Assembly: GCA_963924565.1 (NCBI GenBank) | Contig: OZ004610.1 | Span: 5,518,001-5,582,000, forward strand | Direction: 5' to 3' | Source of the DNA: Ascidiella aspersa | Taxonomy: Eukaryota | DNA length: 64,000 nucleotides | Shown: one piece after another, positions 44,301-59,446 of the stretch | How positions within the stretch are numbered: the stretch's first letter is position 1 | Layout of the letters: the number at the start of each line of letters is the position of its first letter | The notes under the pieces: generated by a model | What the model saw: only the letters and a program-made list of their open reading frames with translations | What the model was told of the DNA's origin: nothing | Databases searched by the model: none | Program-made: the position numbers and the translations under genes

Positions 44301-46311
44301 TGCAATTAGTCGACGCTGCATTCGCGCCGCCTCATGACACATGGGATGCACATCTAGGTTTCCCATTGTCTGTTCCTGGCCAACTTCGTTTTCTGACTCA
44401 CCCCTGCTCCACAATACAACGCTTCCACGGTACACCGCGCTTCAACGCGTGGCCTTTAGCAACAGAAAACAACATTGTACTGCGGCCTTAAACGGGCGAT
44501 TAGCAACTGCAAAACCGCGACATGCGTGCAAGCGTGAAGGTAAAAGCCCTTGGGAAGGTTTGCCTTGCTTAGCAGACCAAACGCAACTGTATAGGATCGC
44601 TTGAAATCCAATTAGAAGCGCCTTCGAATTAACGATGACGGTTTAATGCTGTCTTGCCAAGAGCGGCGCTCGCGTATCCGCGCGTTCATACCGGTGCTGG
44701 GGCTACCATATAGGAAGGCAAGCGCGTGCGATAGACGTCAATTGACGGGTCGTGTTGCCTGTTTGCGCGTTCGAAAACACTATGGTGAGCGGCAGGTCGC
44801 CTAAGGGAAAAGGCACTGAGCATTGAAAATCGCATTTTGAATGGAACGAATTGCACACGGGCAATAGAACGTCCGCTCCAAATCGAGTTTTCCGAGCAAG
44901 CCGACCCCCCTTTTGGTGTTCCTGTGATTGAAAACTTATGGCGCAGGTTCTATCGAGGGAAATGGCGCGCGCGCCGTGCCATGTCGAATGCTCCAGAGGC
45001 GACGGTGGAATTCCGCGTATCGCAGTCCGCGCTGGAAAAACGTCGAGGCTATAGCGGCTGTTTACGAGGCTTACAACACCGATATCGGATTTCGCAGGTT
45101 AATGCGAGAGTTAAGCGCTGGTCTAAAAAAAAACGAAAAAAAGCTGTTCGCACAGAAAGCCATTTCTCCCTCAACAGGCGGCGCGATATTTCCTTTGAAA
45201 TTCCTCAACTAATGGATCGCTGGAATCGTGTAGGGAACGCTTAAACGTCTCGCCCCGATAGGGATCGGGACAGGTCGGACATAAAGGAACGCTATCCGGG
45301 TGAAAGTTATTCGCGGGAGGCCTAGATGGGAGATTGATTCCGGTTCGTGTTATTGAAACGACAAAGGACTTGATTTACACGACGCTTGTTGAGCACACGG
45401 ATGCTATGAGCGCTCAATATTTTGCCGCGATCGTTTCGAGTTAATGGGAAAAAGTGTTTGCGCGTTTACATTCGGATAAGTAAAAATCAATAGTCACTGA
45501 TTTAGAGGTAAAGGGCAATAGACAATTGTACACAAAATAGGATCAGATATGAGTAAATTAATTCGCTATTTTATCCGGATTTTTACAAACAACTTAAATC
45601 GGGTGTTTGGGCTGAAAATAACATATCCCAGTAGTTAGTTTTTTTTTGAAAAATAAAAAAAAAGAAAATATCCTACACTTGAATGTATACGATAGAGTTA
45701 TGTGTCTGACATGATAAGATTTTGCATGAAGGCAATTCTGGGCTGGGACTTACAAAATGATCGCTTAAAAAGTGAATTTTTATAAGGATTTCGCAATGTT
45801 GGTGCACCTCGTCTTAAATCACGAAGCCCAGTTAAGACTTTACACGAATAGATCACAAACAACGGATAGCCTTCAACACCGCCAGACGCACATGTGAGTT
45901 TTTTGGGTATCCCGGTGACGCACAAAGGGATAAAGAAAGCCTTATGTTATGGGGTCTCGAGACAGACACATCACCCTCACTGGCGGGTGAGTTGGTATTT
46001 TTTCGGCGGCGAATTTAGGGCTTATGGAGAAAGAAGGTGGAAATTAACAAGAACCCTTGAAACGCCGTCAGCTAGACAACAAATGTGTTGTTTCGCCGAA
46101 AAATTAGGAGCGGCCAGTCAGGGTTGGGAGAAAGTGAGTTAAAAATAAACTCGAACTATTTAAACGCCGTAGATAAAAACAACAGAATGCACTTTTGTTG
46201 TTAGCATCTCATTACCAGCTCTAAAATAAAAGGCTACTGTTCGAATCCAGTTAAATAAATCAATTGTGCCAAAACAATGCGCCCTTTCTGAATTGTTGTC
46301 TCGGTCTAAAC

Positions 46312-46577
46312 CAGGGGTCTTAAACTGGGGTCCATGGACCCTTTGGAGGTCCTTGAAATTTTTTAGGGGGTCCATGAAGGCCTAACTGAAATGTTAGTGT
46401 ATATTTAAGAAGCAACCAATTTAAAAAAAAAATAGTTTTTGGACCGAAAGCAGCAGATTTTTTGTAGTCTATTTGCATTGTGACGTCATCTCTGAAAATG
46501 TCTTGCCTATCGTGGTCCACGCGAAGCAAAAAAAATTAGGGGGTCTGTCCGCGGTAAAAAAAGTTTAAGAACCCCTG
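46312..46577. mobile_element. hAT-like MITE
   Basis: CAGGGGTCTTAAACT / AGTTTAAGAACCCCTG; flanks GTCTAAAC and GTCTAATT; relatives at ~31320-31630, 26216-27240 and 62321-62400. Confidence 0.78.
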
Positions 46578-49500
46578 GTCTAATTCGAAAAACAAACATG
46601 AACGTAAAAATACGCATTATGTGATACAAAGATCAGCCCACTGCTGATAGAACTCGTTTGCTATTTAAATGGAACTTATAACGCCAACGTCGCGCGTTAA
46701 CGCTTCTTCTGTTACAATCGCTGCTAACGTAATGACTTCAGGTGACCTTTTGCAACATCCGTCATTCTTTAATTGTTTACAAGCCAATCATACAACACGG
46801 CGCATGCCTTCAATTGACCTTGCCCGATTCGAGAAAGTGTACGTTGGCGATACAGGAGCAATCAAAATTTAAGAAAGCGTTCAAAATTGTGAAAAAAAGA
46901 AAAAGGGGCGACTTCACAGAACATGTTGTGTTTTGTTAAGCAAATTGAACGCCATCTATATAATTGTCTAGACGCAATTTGGACGCTTAACACGTAAAAT
47001 GACGGCACAGTGCACAGAGAAACTTTGTTACCTAAATAGAGGATCCATCAAAAATTTGGAAATCATTGAGAGTTGAGAAAAATAAGAATAAAGATACATT
47101 TGCCCGAACATTTGTGTTTGTTAAGCTTATGAAACGCCAGCGATATAATTCTTGAGTAGTAGGTGGACGTGAAACACAGTAAATAACTGTACAGGAATAC
47201 TGTGTCACCTAAATATTATTATGCCTCATTTATTTTTTCGGGCAATAAATGCATCGCCAGTATTCTATTCAAAGCATCAACAAGTTGTGACTAAAAGCCG
47301 CAAAGCAACGATAATTACGAATCGCATTTTGCACGTCCGGTCGTCCGGTGCGAAGGTCGCTCCGTTCATCAAACAATTTTCGTTGAGATTCGCGCGCAAA
47401 ACGGCGCTTCAGCCATTCACAGCAAGCACAACACCACGCCAGACAATTACAAAGGGGCGCCCAGCCACTCGGCAAATACGCCCGACGACTTCAAGGTCGA
47501 TTTTATGGCAGAAAGCTTTGTTCACCCGCCACTGCAATTAATCTAAGCGACCGGCCCTAGAAAGCAATAAGCTCATGCTGCAGTTTGATCACGTATTAGG
47601 TGCGAGTGCGGCGCCCACAGCGACAAAACACATGAGGGAAAGGCGCGTTTTTTCGACTTTGATTTAGAGCAGCGTTTTGGCAACATCGCGCTGTTTTTTC
47701 TAGTCCGCTTTGCCCCGTCGAGTAATGCAAACCAATCACGTTCAAGCACAAAAGTTTCTCCAAATGTGCAAGTCACACTGCACGGCAAAGAAAAAATGAT
47801 ATGGAACACATCAGGGTTACCAGACCGTTTAAAGCATTTTTAGCCATGCCTCAGTAAAGACTTGTTTTTTATTGAAAATATATATGAACTTGCCCAATTA
47901 CATGCATTTTTGTGTGTGGGAATTACGTCCTTATTTATTCCCACGGTTCTGGTACAAACCCTACATTAGAATATAGGTGTGTTATCGCGACATTTTCTCA
48001 ACAATAAAAAAATACATATAAAATCAAACTGCTTAGTAATTTCCAGCTTACACGGATGCAAATTACACTATGTATTAAGGCTGTGCTGCACGCGGGTTTG
48101 CAATAATTTCCGAAAAAATAATATTTTTTTTGTTGTCCTATTTTCAGAACTGCTATAGCAGACATAACGAAGCAATATGGAGACGTTAATTTTAATTTTG
48201 AAAGCAAAGACATATTTTTTTTACGAGCAAGACATTGATTGGACAGTACGACGTACGACCTTCCGATCCGTCAGAAATTAGTGCCGTTTTAACCAAAAAG
48301 GTCTACGACAATTCGGGCATCCAGGGCCGAAAAGGCCGATTTTTAGACCTCGAGGTCGTGGCAGTGCACTACTGGACCTTTTCGATAAACTCTCGGCATA
48401 TAGATAAATTGAGAATATTAGCTAAAGATTTACAAAAAAAACAAAAAAATATGAGATAGAAATAATAATACTTTACCCACCGCATACCAAACGCTAACCC
48501 ACACCTATGGATAATTAAATTTGTGACACCGACCTTATGTGAGAGGCTTTTACTGTTTTCACCTAGCAAGCAACCCTACTGCTTCTTGGAAAACTTATTT
48601 TACCAGAAAAACGAAAATACTTGCTAAAAATTGACAAAAAACTATGAGATAGAATTAATAATACTTGACCCACCCCAACCCAAACACTAAACAAACCCTC
48701 CCGTGATAATTACCTTTGTAACTTTGACTTACTGTTGGCGGGTTTTACTTTCCACCTAGCAAGCAGCCCTACTGCTTCTTGGCAAACTTTTTACGAGAAG
48801 TCCCCCGACAATGAATGGCTTGTTCGACTCGGCAGGTCTCAAACAAACGCGCTGTGAACTACACACGAGCGAGGCGAGACGCCTAAGATGTTATCGCTGC
48901 GCGGGTTTTCGGGCCGATTAATGTTGTTTTTGGCGGTCCTGAAGATATGAGCGTCTCACTACTTCACGTTTGTACTTGTGCAATGGCGAAGAAGAGTATG
49001 CGGGATTTTCCGGATATCCTGGTGTTCAATAAGACGATTGAAAACCCATTGTTTGCGATTTCTCAAGCGTTATCGGTTTTAATTGATAAATTATAATTCT
49101 TTACTTAGCAAGTCAGCAGACCAATGCGAAATGGCTCTAAGTATGGGCCCGTCACCATTTTGCCCTAGTTTTAATCGTGAATAATTTTAAATTTGTATGT
49201 TGCCCTCGAATTTCAACGAAACCAAATGTAGAAGGAAGTGTTTTTTCGCATTTCGAACAATACCGCTCTCTGTGCATGGTTGAAAAAATATTTAACAATA
49301 GTATTCAGATTTGTAAGAACAGTTTTTAACCACTAAGGCAGAGGTTATTCGAGCAAAGCAGTGGGCACACTCAGACAGGCATTGACAATATACCGCCACC
49401 GACTGGACAAACTCTTTTATTGGCTTTTCAAATAGGTGGCGCTGTAGCAAGTTCTACTTAAAACTGTTTAGTTTTGTCGAATTTCAAACAACTCTCATAT

Positions 49501-52500
49501 GGTTGCCTTCCGTCAAATGTAGAAAAATAAAGAACAACAAAAGAAGGAAAAGGGTAAATAACGTACTTTGCCATATATATTCCGTCTTCATAACATAAGA
49601 CGTGATGGAAAAACCAAGGAAAATTCGTATACTCGCTTTAACGCTTTAAACATGTGACACAAGTTTAACGATCAAGCAAATAGCAAAGTCATTAAAAAAA
49701 CTGTCGTGCATGACGAAAAGTAATCGAAAGGCTGCTCTATATGAAATTGGGAAACGACGTTGCTTTAACACATAAAGTGATTTTCTTCCATTATTTCAAA
49801 ATCACCCAAAACGGAGTTTGCTGCGAAAAGAAACTCGCAAACCGCGTCTAACAATGCTTTTCGGAGGAAATTCGACGTTTGCCAGTTATCAGGCCGGCAG
49901 CCATGGCATTAACTTGCCAGGCCTCATCTTTTGAAGGCAGTATACAAAGTATCACGTTTTGGACCGCAGCAGCTGAGGTCTTGAAAGCGACCCTACACCC
50001 TAAGACCTAAAACCGGCTTGTAATTTCCCACCAAGGCTACCGACTAGCTTACGTATGCGTACAATACATCTGTCAGCGAAGCAGCGCGTGCTCGCGTATT
50101 ACGGAAATAAAGGGTGGACACCGCACGAGATAGCACAGGCGCTCGACGCCGAACTTTCAAAATTCCAGGGCGCTGTTTTCAACCAGAACAAAATGCTGAT
50201 CACCAACGAAGCGTAAAAGCTCTTGGAAAACATTTTTTTGCGCTTAGGCTCAAAGAAACAATGCGTTGTGTCTCCTGTAATTAATTCAGAACAAATTGTT
50301 TTTTACTAAGCGATATCGGTCCTGTCCTTTCAGTGCTTCGGTCGGTTTATAGAATTCTGCGAAACTTTTTGCAGATGCTATACTTCCCAACGCCGTAATT
50401 CAGGAAAGTTAACCATAGTGTTAATGAACCTACACTGTGTTACCGAGGGCGTATTTTGCGTTATCCTTATAGTTTTCTCGCATGTAACTTGGTCAAATTC
50501 AAGGGCGTCGAAAAACGCTTATGCGTTAGAATATTACAGAGAGCGTCTCCAAGGTGGGTTAGGGCCGCACACGACGTCGTCCTAAGCCATAATAAGCGGG
50601 TTTACGTCAAAGTAGAGCGGCTTCGGTCTACAATTTGAATGCTCGGCCAAGATTACCAGCATCTGCCGACCAATAATTGCGAACCGATTGTCGCACACGT
50701 GGATTCAAGGCGATAGGATAAATCTGTGCGTCTTGGGAAAAATATGGACCACAATGCATTTAACGTGTTTTTAAACGTTGGCGACCAGAGCAGGATTCGA
50801 CTGCATTCGAAAGACACCCAGTCGTCATTAAAGACATTTTTTGACTTCAATGCCCCAAAGCGTAGCGATTAGGTCTTCTGACAACTGTGCTTATACACTA
50901 AGAAGTTATTTTAAGGTCGACGGGAAAAAAGTGAATGTACACTAAAAGAAGCTCTTCCGATACTTTTTGTTGCTCCAACGTTTCGGTTACATATACAGGA
51001 TGCTTCAAAAAACGTTGAGAAACTAATCAAGTCCTGTAGAGCTTCTTTTTAGTATACTATGCCTGGTAGCAACAGCATATCTTAAGAAGTGGCAGGTGTC
51101 GTTGATACAGAGTACAACAAAACAGAGCTCAGTCGAAACATTTTCAGGAACCCTTGAGCAATCGTCCCATTGTGATAAGAGGGCCGATGTTAACCATTTG
51201 CCTAATACTGTGAAGGCAACTCAAAAAAGCGACCACCTTATATAAAATACGTGTCCGGTTTGCGGCAAGAGATTGGTGTTTTGCCGTCACGAATGGCTCC
51301 TAGATTGGGGCAGACCTCCACCTCGAAACGTTACGCGCGCCCGGATTTACAGCGACGGCGGATCCTGGTTTGAACTAAAGCTGACAGAAAGTGCGATAAA
51401 AAGGCCGACGCCATTCTTTGAAGGCGCGTTCAATGTCAAAACCAACGACAAGGGCGCCCTTTTGTGCAGCGTTGCGAAAAACACAGACCAAAGAGGGGGT
51501 TCGCTTGCTGTACGATGGATAAAAGGCCCGTTGACTGAGCGTCTGTATTTGCCCACAAAGAGCAAATAAAAGTCCACATACGTCAGCGGCGGCGAAAGAG
51601 CCGCGCTAACTTTCGCTCAATGCGAACAACCAGACGGTGCGAAGGTCGAACGAAGCAGCTGCGCCAACACGAGCCACAATGGACCGTTTTTATTTCACAT
51701 CGGCCCTTTTTGAGCGTTCGTGTACCAGTTTTAAGGCAGTTCTTTCATTACTAAGATGGCAATCAGGGTAACTGTATGTTTTTTTTAAATATTGGCCATG
51801 TTCTGAAAAATAGACAAAACCAAGGATTTTAAGCAAGCCCGGCACAATGGGCCGTTTTTATTTTACATCGGTCTTTTGTGAGCGTACGTATCGGTGGTTA
51901 AGACCGTTTGCATCACTGAGATGGTAATATGGGGGACTGTCGGTTTTCACATTGGTCATGTTCTGAAAAATAGAGATAAAACCATGGCTTTTAAGCAAAT
52001 CCCTTTCTGCTTTAAATCAAGTCCGGTCATAATTTTAAGCAAACTTCGAAAACTGACTGTTCTGATGGTGCAGTGACGTCATTTAAGATCATCTTCTCCG
52101 ATTGACCTTTACTTTGCAAAACGGTTAACGCCCCTTACGTGTGGCACGCGGCTGCCTTGGAAATCATCGCATAAGCTTTGTTATATTTGACGGCAGTAAT
52201 CCAAACGCTCTTTGCTGAGGCTGAGTGTCATTGGTTTTACGCAACGCTACTGTTACGGATTTGCAGTCCGCGTATCCTAAATGGAAATAAATCCAGACAC
52301 AATGGGTGTTAGAGTGATCTGAACACGGCAACGCATATGGGTGGTTTATTTTGTTTCTCACAATACTTTTACCGTGCTTTTAATCGTTGGCGACCAGAAG
52401 AGGGTTCGACTGCATTCAACAGACATCAAGTCGTCATTGAAGACCTTCTTGGGTAATATATCCAGGCACAAATAGTGTTGGTAATCCGAACACGGCAACG

Positions 52501-55500
52501 CGTGTGGGTGGTTAAATTTCCACGCCACTATCACGCCGCCTTTCGCCACTGTTTTACCTGCAGGAAAAAGGCAGGCAAGGTGTGCGGGCGCTCCACGAGA
52601 GCACTGCGTGCTGGCAACCGGAACATCAATTATGGAAGGACAGCAGTACGTTGACACGCATCTAGACGACAGGCAACATCGTGTATATGGCACACGTCAT
52701 GTTACGTTTGACACTGATTTCGTACTATTAGTTGTTCATCGGGGTCAGGAATTTGCGAAGAGTGCTTGGTTTTGAACACTCCTCCTGATCGTAAAACACG
52801 TTTTTGAAATGCGCAAAGTGGTAACGAATATGTAATGCTGTGCAGTAATACTTTACCGTGGGTCACGTTAAAGTAGCCTCCAGTCCAGGTTTGCACGCAT
52901 CTAGACGGCAGGCTACACCTTGGTATGAATGTATATGGCACACGTCGCGTTCCGTTTAACACCGATTCCGTACGATTAGTTGTTGATTGGGTACAGGAAT
53001 TTGAAAGCGATACAAATAGCGCGTTTGGGGGGCTTGGTTTTAAACACTCTTCATCGTGAAACAAGTCTTTGAAATGCAAAAAGCGGCAAGGACGGTATGC
53101 AATGCTTTGCTGTAACACTTATACCGTGGGGGTCAAATTTAAGTCGTGTCCAGTGAGGTTTAAAAGTTCAGCGAAGAAAGGGGCCCGTCGAGTGTTGCGC
53201 TTCACCACGTCATATACCGGCAGCAAAGCAAGGTAAGAAGGCAGGAAAAATGTAGAGAAAATAATCCCGCTATTTTGGTCGGCTCGAGCCCAAACACTGC
53301 ACAGAGTCCGCCCCGGGGGATAGCCTCGATCGAGCGGGTCTCGGCAAGCTTGCAAATCGCCGAGAAAACTGTTATTTTTATCGCGTCTGCCCGGCCACGA
53401 CTTACCTCGTCTAGACGAAGAGCGGCGAACGAGAAACGGCCCTTTGGCTGCTAGCTCCATATCTTATTCTCTCACTCTCTCTGCGCGGGCTCTGCGTGTT
53501 TACATTACAGCGGTCGGCAGGCTTCGAGAAACGCCAGCACCCGTCGTAGCCTGCTGCTGATGATGATCATTTGCTGGTGGCCAAGTTCACTGTCATATGC
53601 AGGCCTACGATTTTCGTCAGATTGGCAACTATTACCAAAATGGCATACATGCAGAACACAACAGCCCCTGTCCGCCAAATACAGACCCACTCTATTGTGT
53701 TGTTATACAATTTCCATCAGGTTTGCGAATAATCTGGTTATTTCAAGTTGAATCAAAGAGTGTTGGAACTCAGCTCATTAGCATCTTAATGACAAAGGTT
53801 TGCATATGGAGGTCTCTTGTCCGCTAAAAACAGACCCACTTTATTATGTTGTCATACTTTTCTCACCAGGTTTTCGAAAAATCTGGTTATTTTCACGTTG
53901 AATGAATGAATGCCGAAACTCAGACCATAAACATCTTTATATTGAAGGTTTGCAAACGCCGTCCATACTACAAACTAAAACACAGAGCTATGTGACCATA
54001 GCACTCCTTAAATCATGGGCAAGCAAGACATCTAACCAACATTCGAACAATACCAAAATTGTTTTCGCGCTGCAAAAGCACTGGATATTAAGAGAAAATA
54101 ATAAAACGTAAAGAAAGCAGGGAAAAGTTGTGGCTAGATTTTTCTCAGTGGCCAAGAAGAAGGGTATTTCTGAACAAGTCAGTAGTGTTGTGAGCCCAGT
54201 CCTCTGACAACCTGTCTCCACTAGGGAGCTGGTGCCGCCACAGAGGTATGCAAAATAATACAAAAAACAGGTGCTGCTGCCAAATATAAAATGTTGCCGT
54301 CCAGTGGTCTGGCATGATATTGGCGTCCATGTTTAACTTGCGCAAGCGAATCATATTGATGATGGATCGGTGATACGTGTCACATTCGAACACCCTCAGT
54401 CGTTCGTCCAGTGCTTTTGCAGCGCGATTTGGCGCCGCTTCGACTGAGGTCGCCGGCCCGATGGTCAAACTCGTTAGCCAAGTGGACAAAAGCTCTCCAA
54501 CGACCCAGAAAAAGGTTGGAAACGTTTTCTGCGCATTTCGGCTGAGCGCTATAAATAGACCTTAACAAGCTACTTAAGGTTGGGTTGTGAAATTCTGAAA
54601 TGCTAATGTTAGATATCGAAATTATCATATTCCAATCGTCTAATGCAGGGGTAGCTAACACGTCGCTCGCGCTGGCTTGGAATGCAATTCACGCACAAAA
54701 TGTTTAATAAGTGTTCTTGTGACTTTTTTACTGAACCAGTCGATTGCGAGTCTGTAAAAAAATTCAAACGATAGCAATCAAACGTAAGTTGCTGGCTACA
54801 CCATCGGTATACACCATAGGTTCATAGCGCGGGATTTTACGCGAATGACCAACATATATAAGACACTTGTAAGCGTTTGTCTACGCTAAATGTTATTAAA
54901 GCATAAATGTGGAGCAAAGTTCACACGATAAATGACCACGTAATATAGCTTGTTAGCAAATGTATTTAAATTAACAGTGGACATATGATTTAATGGCGTA
55001 TAGATTCAACCGTTTGGAAGGTGACCAAAATGACCCGCGCATTGCCGACAGAGGATTGTTTGGGCAAACTGACGGTTCACAAAATGCCACCTACATGTGT
55101 TTGCACTTTGATATTCCTATCACGTTTGACAGCGATGTTTCACGCAACACTTTTGGCAATTTAAACCGAATCCGGAAACGTTGGCTGCCAAATCGAACGG
55201 CGAACACGAGAAGGATGTCGACGGCGGCAAAGAACGAGAAACGTCGATTCCAAATCGGGGATTGAAGTCCTCTCACCAAAACATCTGTCGGCGTTGAGGG
55301 TGCTCGCCAGCTCTCCAAATTGCCCGTCAAAAGGACACAAAAGGCACAGGCGACCTAGCGTCGTCATTCGCGCCACCCAAGGCTGCCCATGACATAATTC
55401 AGTTCAGTCGTGTCCGTGGGGATTTCTCTACGTGATTTGCCCATGATCTAGCTTACTGTAGGCCGATGTAGGGCTGCAAATTTAGGAGCACCACAAAACA

Positions 55501-55762
55501 CGCTTTTTGGCTGTTAAAGTTGTAAAAAATTGAGGCATTTTTATATGCGTAGTTATTAACCGTCTTTTGCATTGATTTATCCTGGGATAATCCCGCAGTT
55601 AAGTTAGCACGAAACGCTTTATGGCCTATGGCTAATGACAAGGTAGTAATCCAACTAGCCAGCTTCCCTAAACCACAGAGTCGCTTCAAAATCACAACGT
55701 TCAATAAAAATACCCTTGACAACGAATTTTGACGAATACAGAAAATACGAATCAAATAATTC

Positions 55763-56247
55763 TAGTGTTATAATGACTTAAGTCAATGAAATGACTTGAG
55801 TGCAATTTAGTCACTGTTTTCAAATAACTCGACTTGAAGTTTTTCGGGCAAAATTACTTGACTTGACTTAAGTATTTTTGACAAATAAATTGACTTGACT
55901 TGAGTTTTTTTTTAAATGACTTGAGTTGAAATGAGGGTTTTCAATTCAGCATTTTTTTTCCATAAAATCGGCTTGTTTATTTTATTTTTGCACATAAAAC
56001 AATTTGCTTGCTATATGCTGCGCTTTCGTTATTTTTTAGTTAATAATTGCTCAGAATGGGACAAGTCTAGTAGTTCTAATTTACCGTTTAATTTTATAAA
56101 AAGGGTATGGTTTGAAATTGACTTGCTCTTAAAATAACTTTGCTGGGGCTTGTTATTTATGCAAAAACACTTGACTTGGACTAAAGTTATTTTACAAATG
56201 ATGTGACTTGGAGTTAAGTCATTTCAATTGACTTGTTTACAACACTG
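55763..56247. mobile_element. GACTT-rich MITE copy
   Basis: Ends TAGTGTT / CAACACTG; many TGACTT units. Confidence 0.7.
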
Positions 56248-58115
56248 GGTAATATAACTCAAAATTGGATTTCTCTCTAGACGTAAGGGCCGAAATACGA
56301 AAATACTGCAAACGCGACCAAGCCAAAGAGGTCGCCAGACAAGATTGGCAGTTCCACGAGGTCAGAGAGCACAGACATTTACAATTCCAGAGTCACAAGG
56401 CTCCCGTAAATACCGTGATTATCCGAGAAAATTGCAGGTTTCTGACACGAGGACTCAGTCAATCCGCGCGAAACCATAAAGTAGTGTCTTGACTCTTAAC
56501 TGAAAGGCTTTGAATGCGCCCAGTCGAGCATAACAACGTACAAACCATAAATCGGCAATTTTGCGTCGTTTGGTCTTGAAAGGAACGTGACGTTTTTCAT
56601 TTTTAATGCACACCGTTAGAGTTTTGGGCTGGCAATGTAAGCTGGCTAAGTAGAGTTTTCCAGGTTTGGCAAAACATTTCATTGTTTAATTTTCAATTAA
56701 AATCGTCCCCGGCATGTGTACGAGGGTTCGTTTTTAAGTGACCTTCAGATGTGAGGTAAAACTCAGAAACTCCGGTGTCTTTTTGGTATCCCCACTATGT
56801 TGCATGCCTTTACAGACAGAATACAAAATCACAACCTGCTATAGTGAACGTATTTAAATACGCTGTCTTTGTAATGAACGATTCACTAGCTACGGTGTGT
56901 TTTTAAGGTGTTTTAAAGAACCAACTCGTTCCCTAAAAGTATTCGATGGTGTCTCAAAACGTAGCCTACTTCTGTACCAACCGGACAAGATCTAAAGTAG
57001 TTGCCAAAATTAAGATAGGATTCGAAAAAGAAGCATTGCGAAATTGAAACCAGATGCGACAAAAACTATGCGGATTGTTCTGGTACTATTGTTACACAGA
57101 TTTTTTTTCTCATTGCATAGACTTGGGGAAATATTGTAGGGATGAGACAGTCAGGTTCGTAAAGGCTGGGAGAACCATTGGCAATTGCCACTTAAGTTCG
57201 AGCCCCCTTTGTGTCGCATACCGCATAACGTTTTACGCTTGTATTATTTGTATGTGTTCTGCCTGAATTCAATACAATTATTAGACGCCTAGTGTGACGT
57301 TCAGGCATGGTTAAGCAGATGATCCAAGATTTTTGGGGTAACACTATTGGCAGCCTAAACTCTGCGAAAACTTATTGTCAGCGAATATTCTGCACCGGTG
57401 AATCTCAAGGCCACGTGCAACTCGACAAAGATTAAAAGTGAAGCGTACAGCGGTTAACCAGGTTCAATGGCACCGAAATTACACAAGTGAACTCAACCGT
57501 TGCGGGCGACGCGGTCGAACTGAATACTCCAGAAACGCCTACTGGTATAGGAATTGAAATAACAGGAGGCCGAACAACCGTTCAGGAACTACGAAATGGG
57601 AGGATAAAGCGGCGGTTCTTGAGCACATTTTCTGCATACACAGGGCAACCGTATAAACCGCGGTTCAGTCGAGAACGCAAATTTGAAAGACGAGCAAGCG
57701 CCAAATTTGGCCTTTCCCCGGTCGGTTTATTGGCGCGCTGAAGTGAATCGACAAACACAAACAGACCCCCGGTGGAATTCGGCCTTTCGCGGCGAATAAG
57801 CTCACGAAAGGAATTGGGAGACGCGAGGGAGATAGATTATACCTTTTTCGGTGTAAACAGCTGCATACAACTCACTACGGATGTTTGGCCAAGTTTTTTA
57901 GCGACGCCTGGAAAACTAGAAGTACTAAAACAAACGGTCGATTCTTGCAACGTCACTGATCGAACTTTCATTGATTGCGACAATTTGTTTTACATAAATG
58001 TGTGATTTTGGATTTGCACGCTAATGATGCTTCGTCGTTTGAATCTGAAGCAATCGCTTGACAACAAGAAAGTATTAGGTGTCAATGTATAAAGACTAAG
58101 TTGTTTTCATTTCTC

Positions 58116-58198
58116 GACAAGCTTTCGCACAACCGTGCTTCACCAGGTCAACTTTGGGAAATCAATACAATTTGTCGTTATATAGTGCCACCTGATTA
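58116..58198. mobile_element. Family A copy; hammerhead on - strand (CUGGUGA variant), tail on + strand
   Basis: GACAAGCTTTCGCACAACCGTGCTTCACCAGGTCAA followed by TATATAGTGCCACCTGATTA. Confidence 0.7.
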
Positions 58199-58957
58199 CT
58201 GTATTTACCAAAGTATCTTACCGTGCAAATTCTCCACGGGATACTTACTTCCACGTGATTACAACATAAATTTCGGTCTAAGATCATTCAGCCGCTAAAA
58301 CCGAACAAATTCGGCAAAATCAGCCACACGGATTAAAACCTATTGCTTCCTCAATAAGCTCGTTAGTGTCAACGACTTCCGCATTAGATTATCCAGAGAA
58401 GGAATAAGGCTGTATCATAAACGACACAACAACAAGCACTTTAAGGGGTTGCAGGTCAAGACTTTTTCAAACAGAATAGATTAGGATTTATTGCTGGACA
58501 AGTTTTTTTAGTGTAATGGATAGGGCGGTTCTTTTTTGATTTGTCAAAAAAAGTCAAAATTTGACAAAATTATTTCAAGTCAAAATCAATTAAAATTGAG
58601 CTTTATATAGTTGAGTATCTCTCATTCGGAAAATGTATTGAACAATATTTGCTATGTATATTTTCGCTTGTGATTTGCAATTAGCTTATTTCCTATTTAG
58701 ATAATATGCCAGGTCTTTTTAATTTTCCGCAGTTATTTTTCCCTTGTTTTTTAAACTATATACACAACAGTTTTCTAAAATAACAAGCGTCTTGTTTTTT
58801 TAGGGTGTTTTAATAGTTGTTTGTCTTTTTAAAATAACAAAAATGTCTATTAAGCCTTTTCCAGGGTTTTGCATAAACTCGAAAAAAAAAACCTGATTTG
58901 TGTTCGACCGGTAGTCGGTAAAACATCAAAAGAGTGGTTGACAATGCCTAGCTTCTC

Positions 58958-59037
58958 TACCTGATAAAGCCTGGTTGGTCAAAAGCTTGCCAAGATTTCA
59001 ATACAATTTGTATTTATACAGTGCCACCTGATTAACC
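58958..59037 (+). mobile_element. Family A copy, decayed
   Basis: CCTGATAAAGC...AAAGCTTGCCAA...CAGTGCCACCTGATTAACC. Confidence 0.65.
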
Positions 59038-59446
59038 TATTTAGAATTCGTCGAATACGGCCATTCACAAGTATGTGCAGTTTGTATTCTTGACCAGGTA
59101 ATTATATAAGGTGAGTTTGGTAAAGAAAACTGATCGTCTGCTATAAGCCATGGTAAGTATTTAGTGGAATATAACACAAATAACAAACAAAATGGTCTCT
59201 TTGTCAGCACACAAAAGACCCAATCCACAAAAGGTCGAGTGTTCGGCGCCGCGGGCACTCTTGGCCGTTCAACAGAGGCCCTTAAGGCTCCCAGGGGGGG
59301 ACTTGCGCCCCTCGATCACCTATACAAAAAGATGACGTCACAAATGAAAAAACGTTAAGAGGACGAGTTCGACTGAAAACTCGACAAATTCATCCGTCGT
59401 CTTGTGGAACAAACATTTCCAGCTGTGCGACTGACACAGATTCGAC

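Noticed and set aside
54145-54489. ORF faintly resembling a LINE reverse-transcriptase C-terminus (RLRVFE...)
   Set aside because: Too few motif residues; a TBLASTN against a repeat library would be needed.
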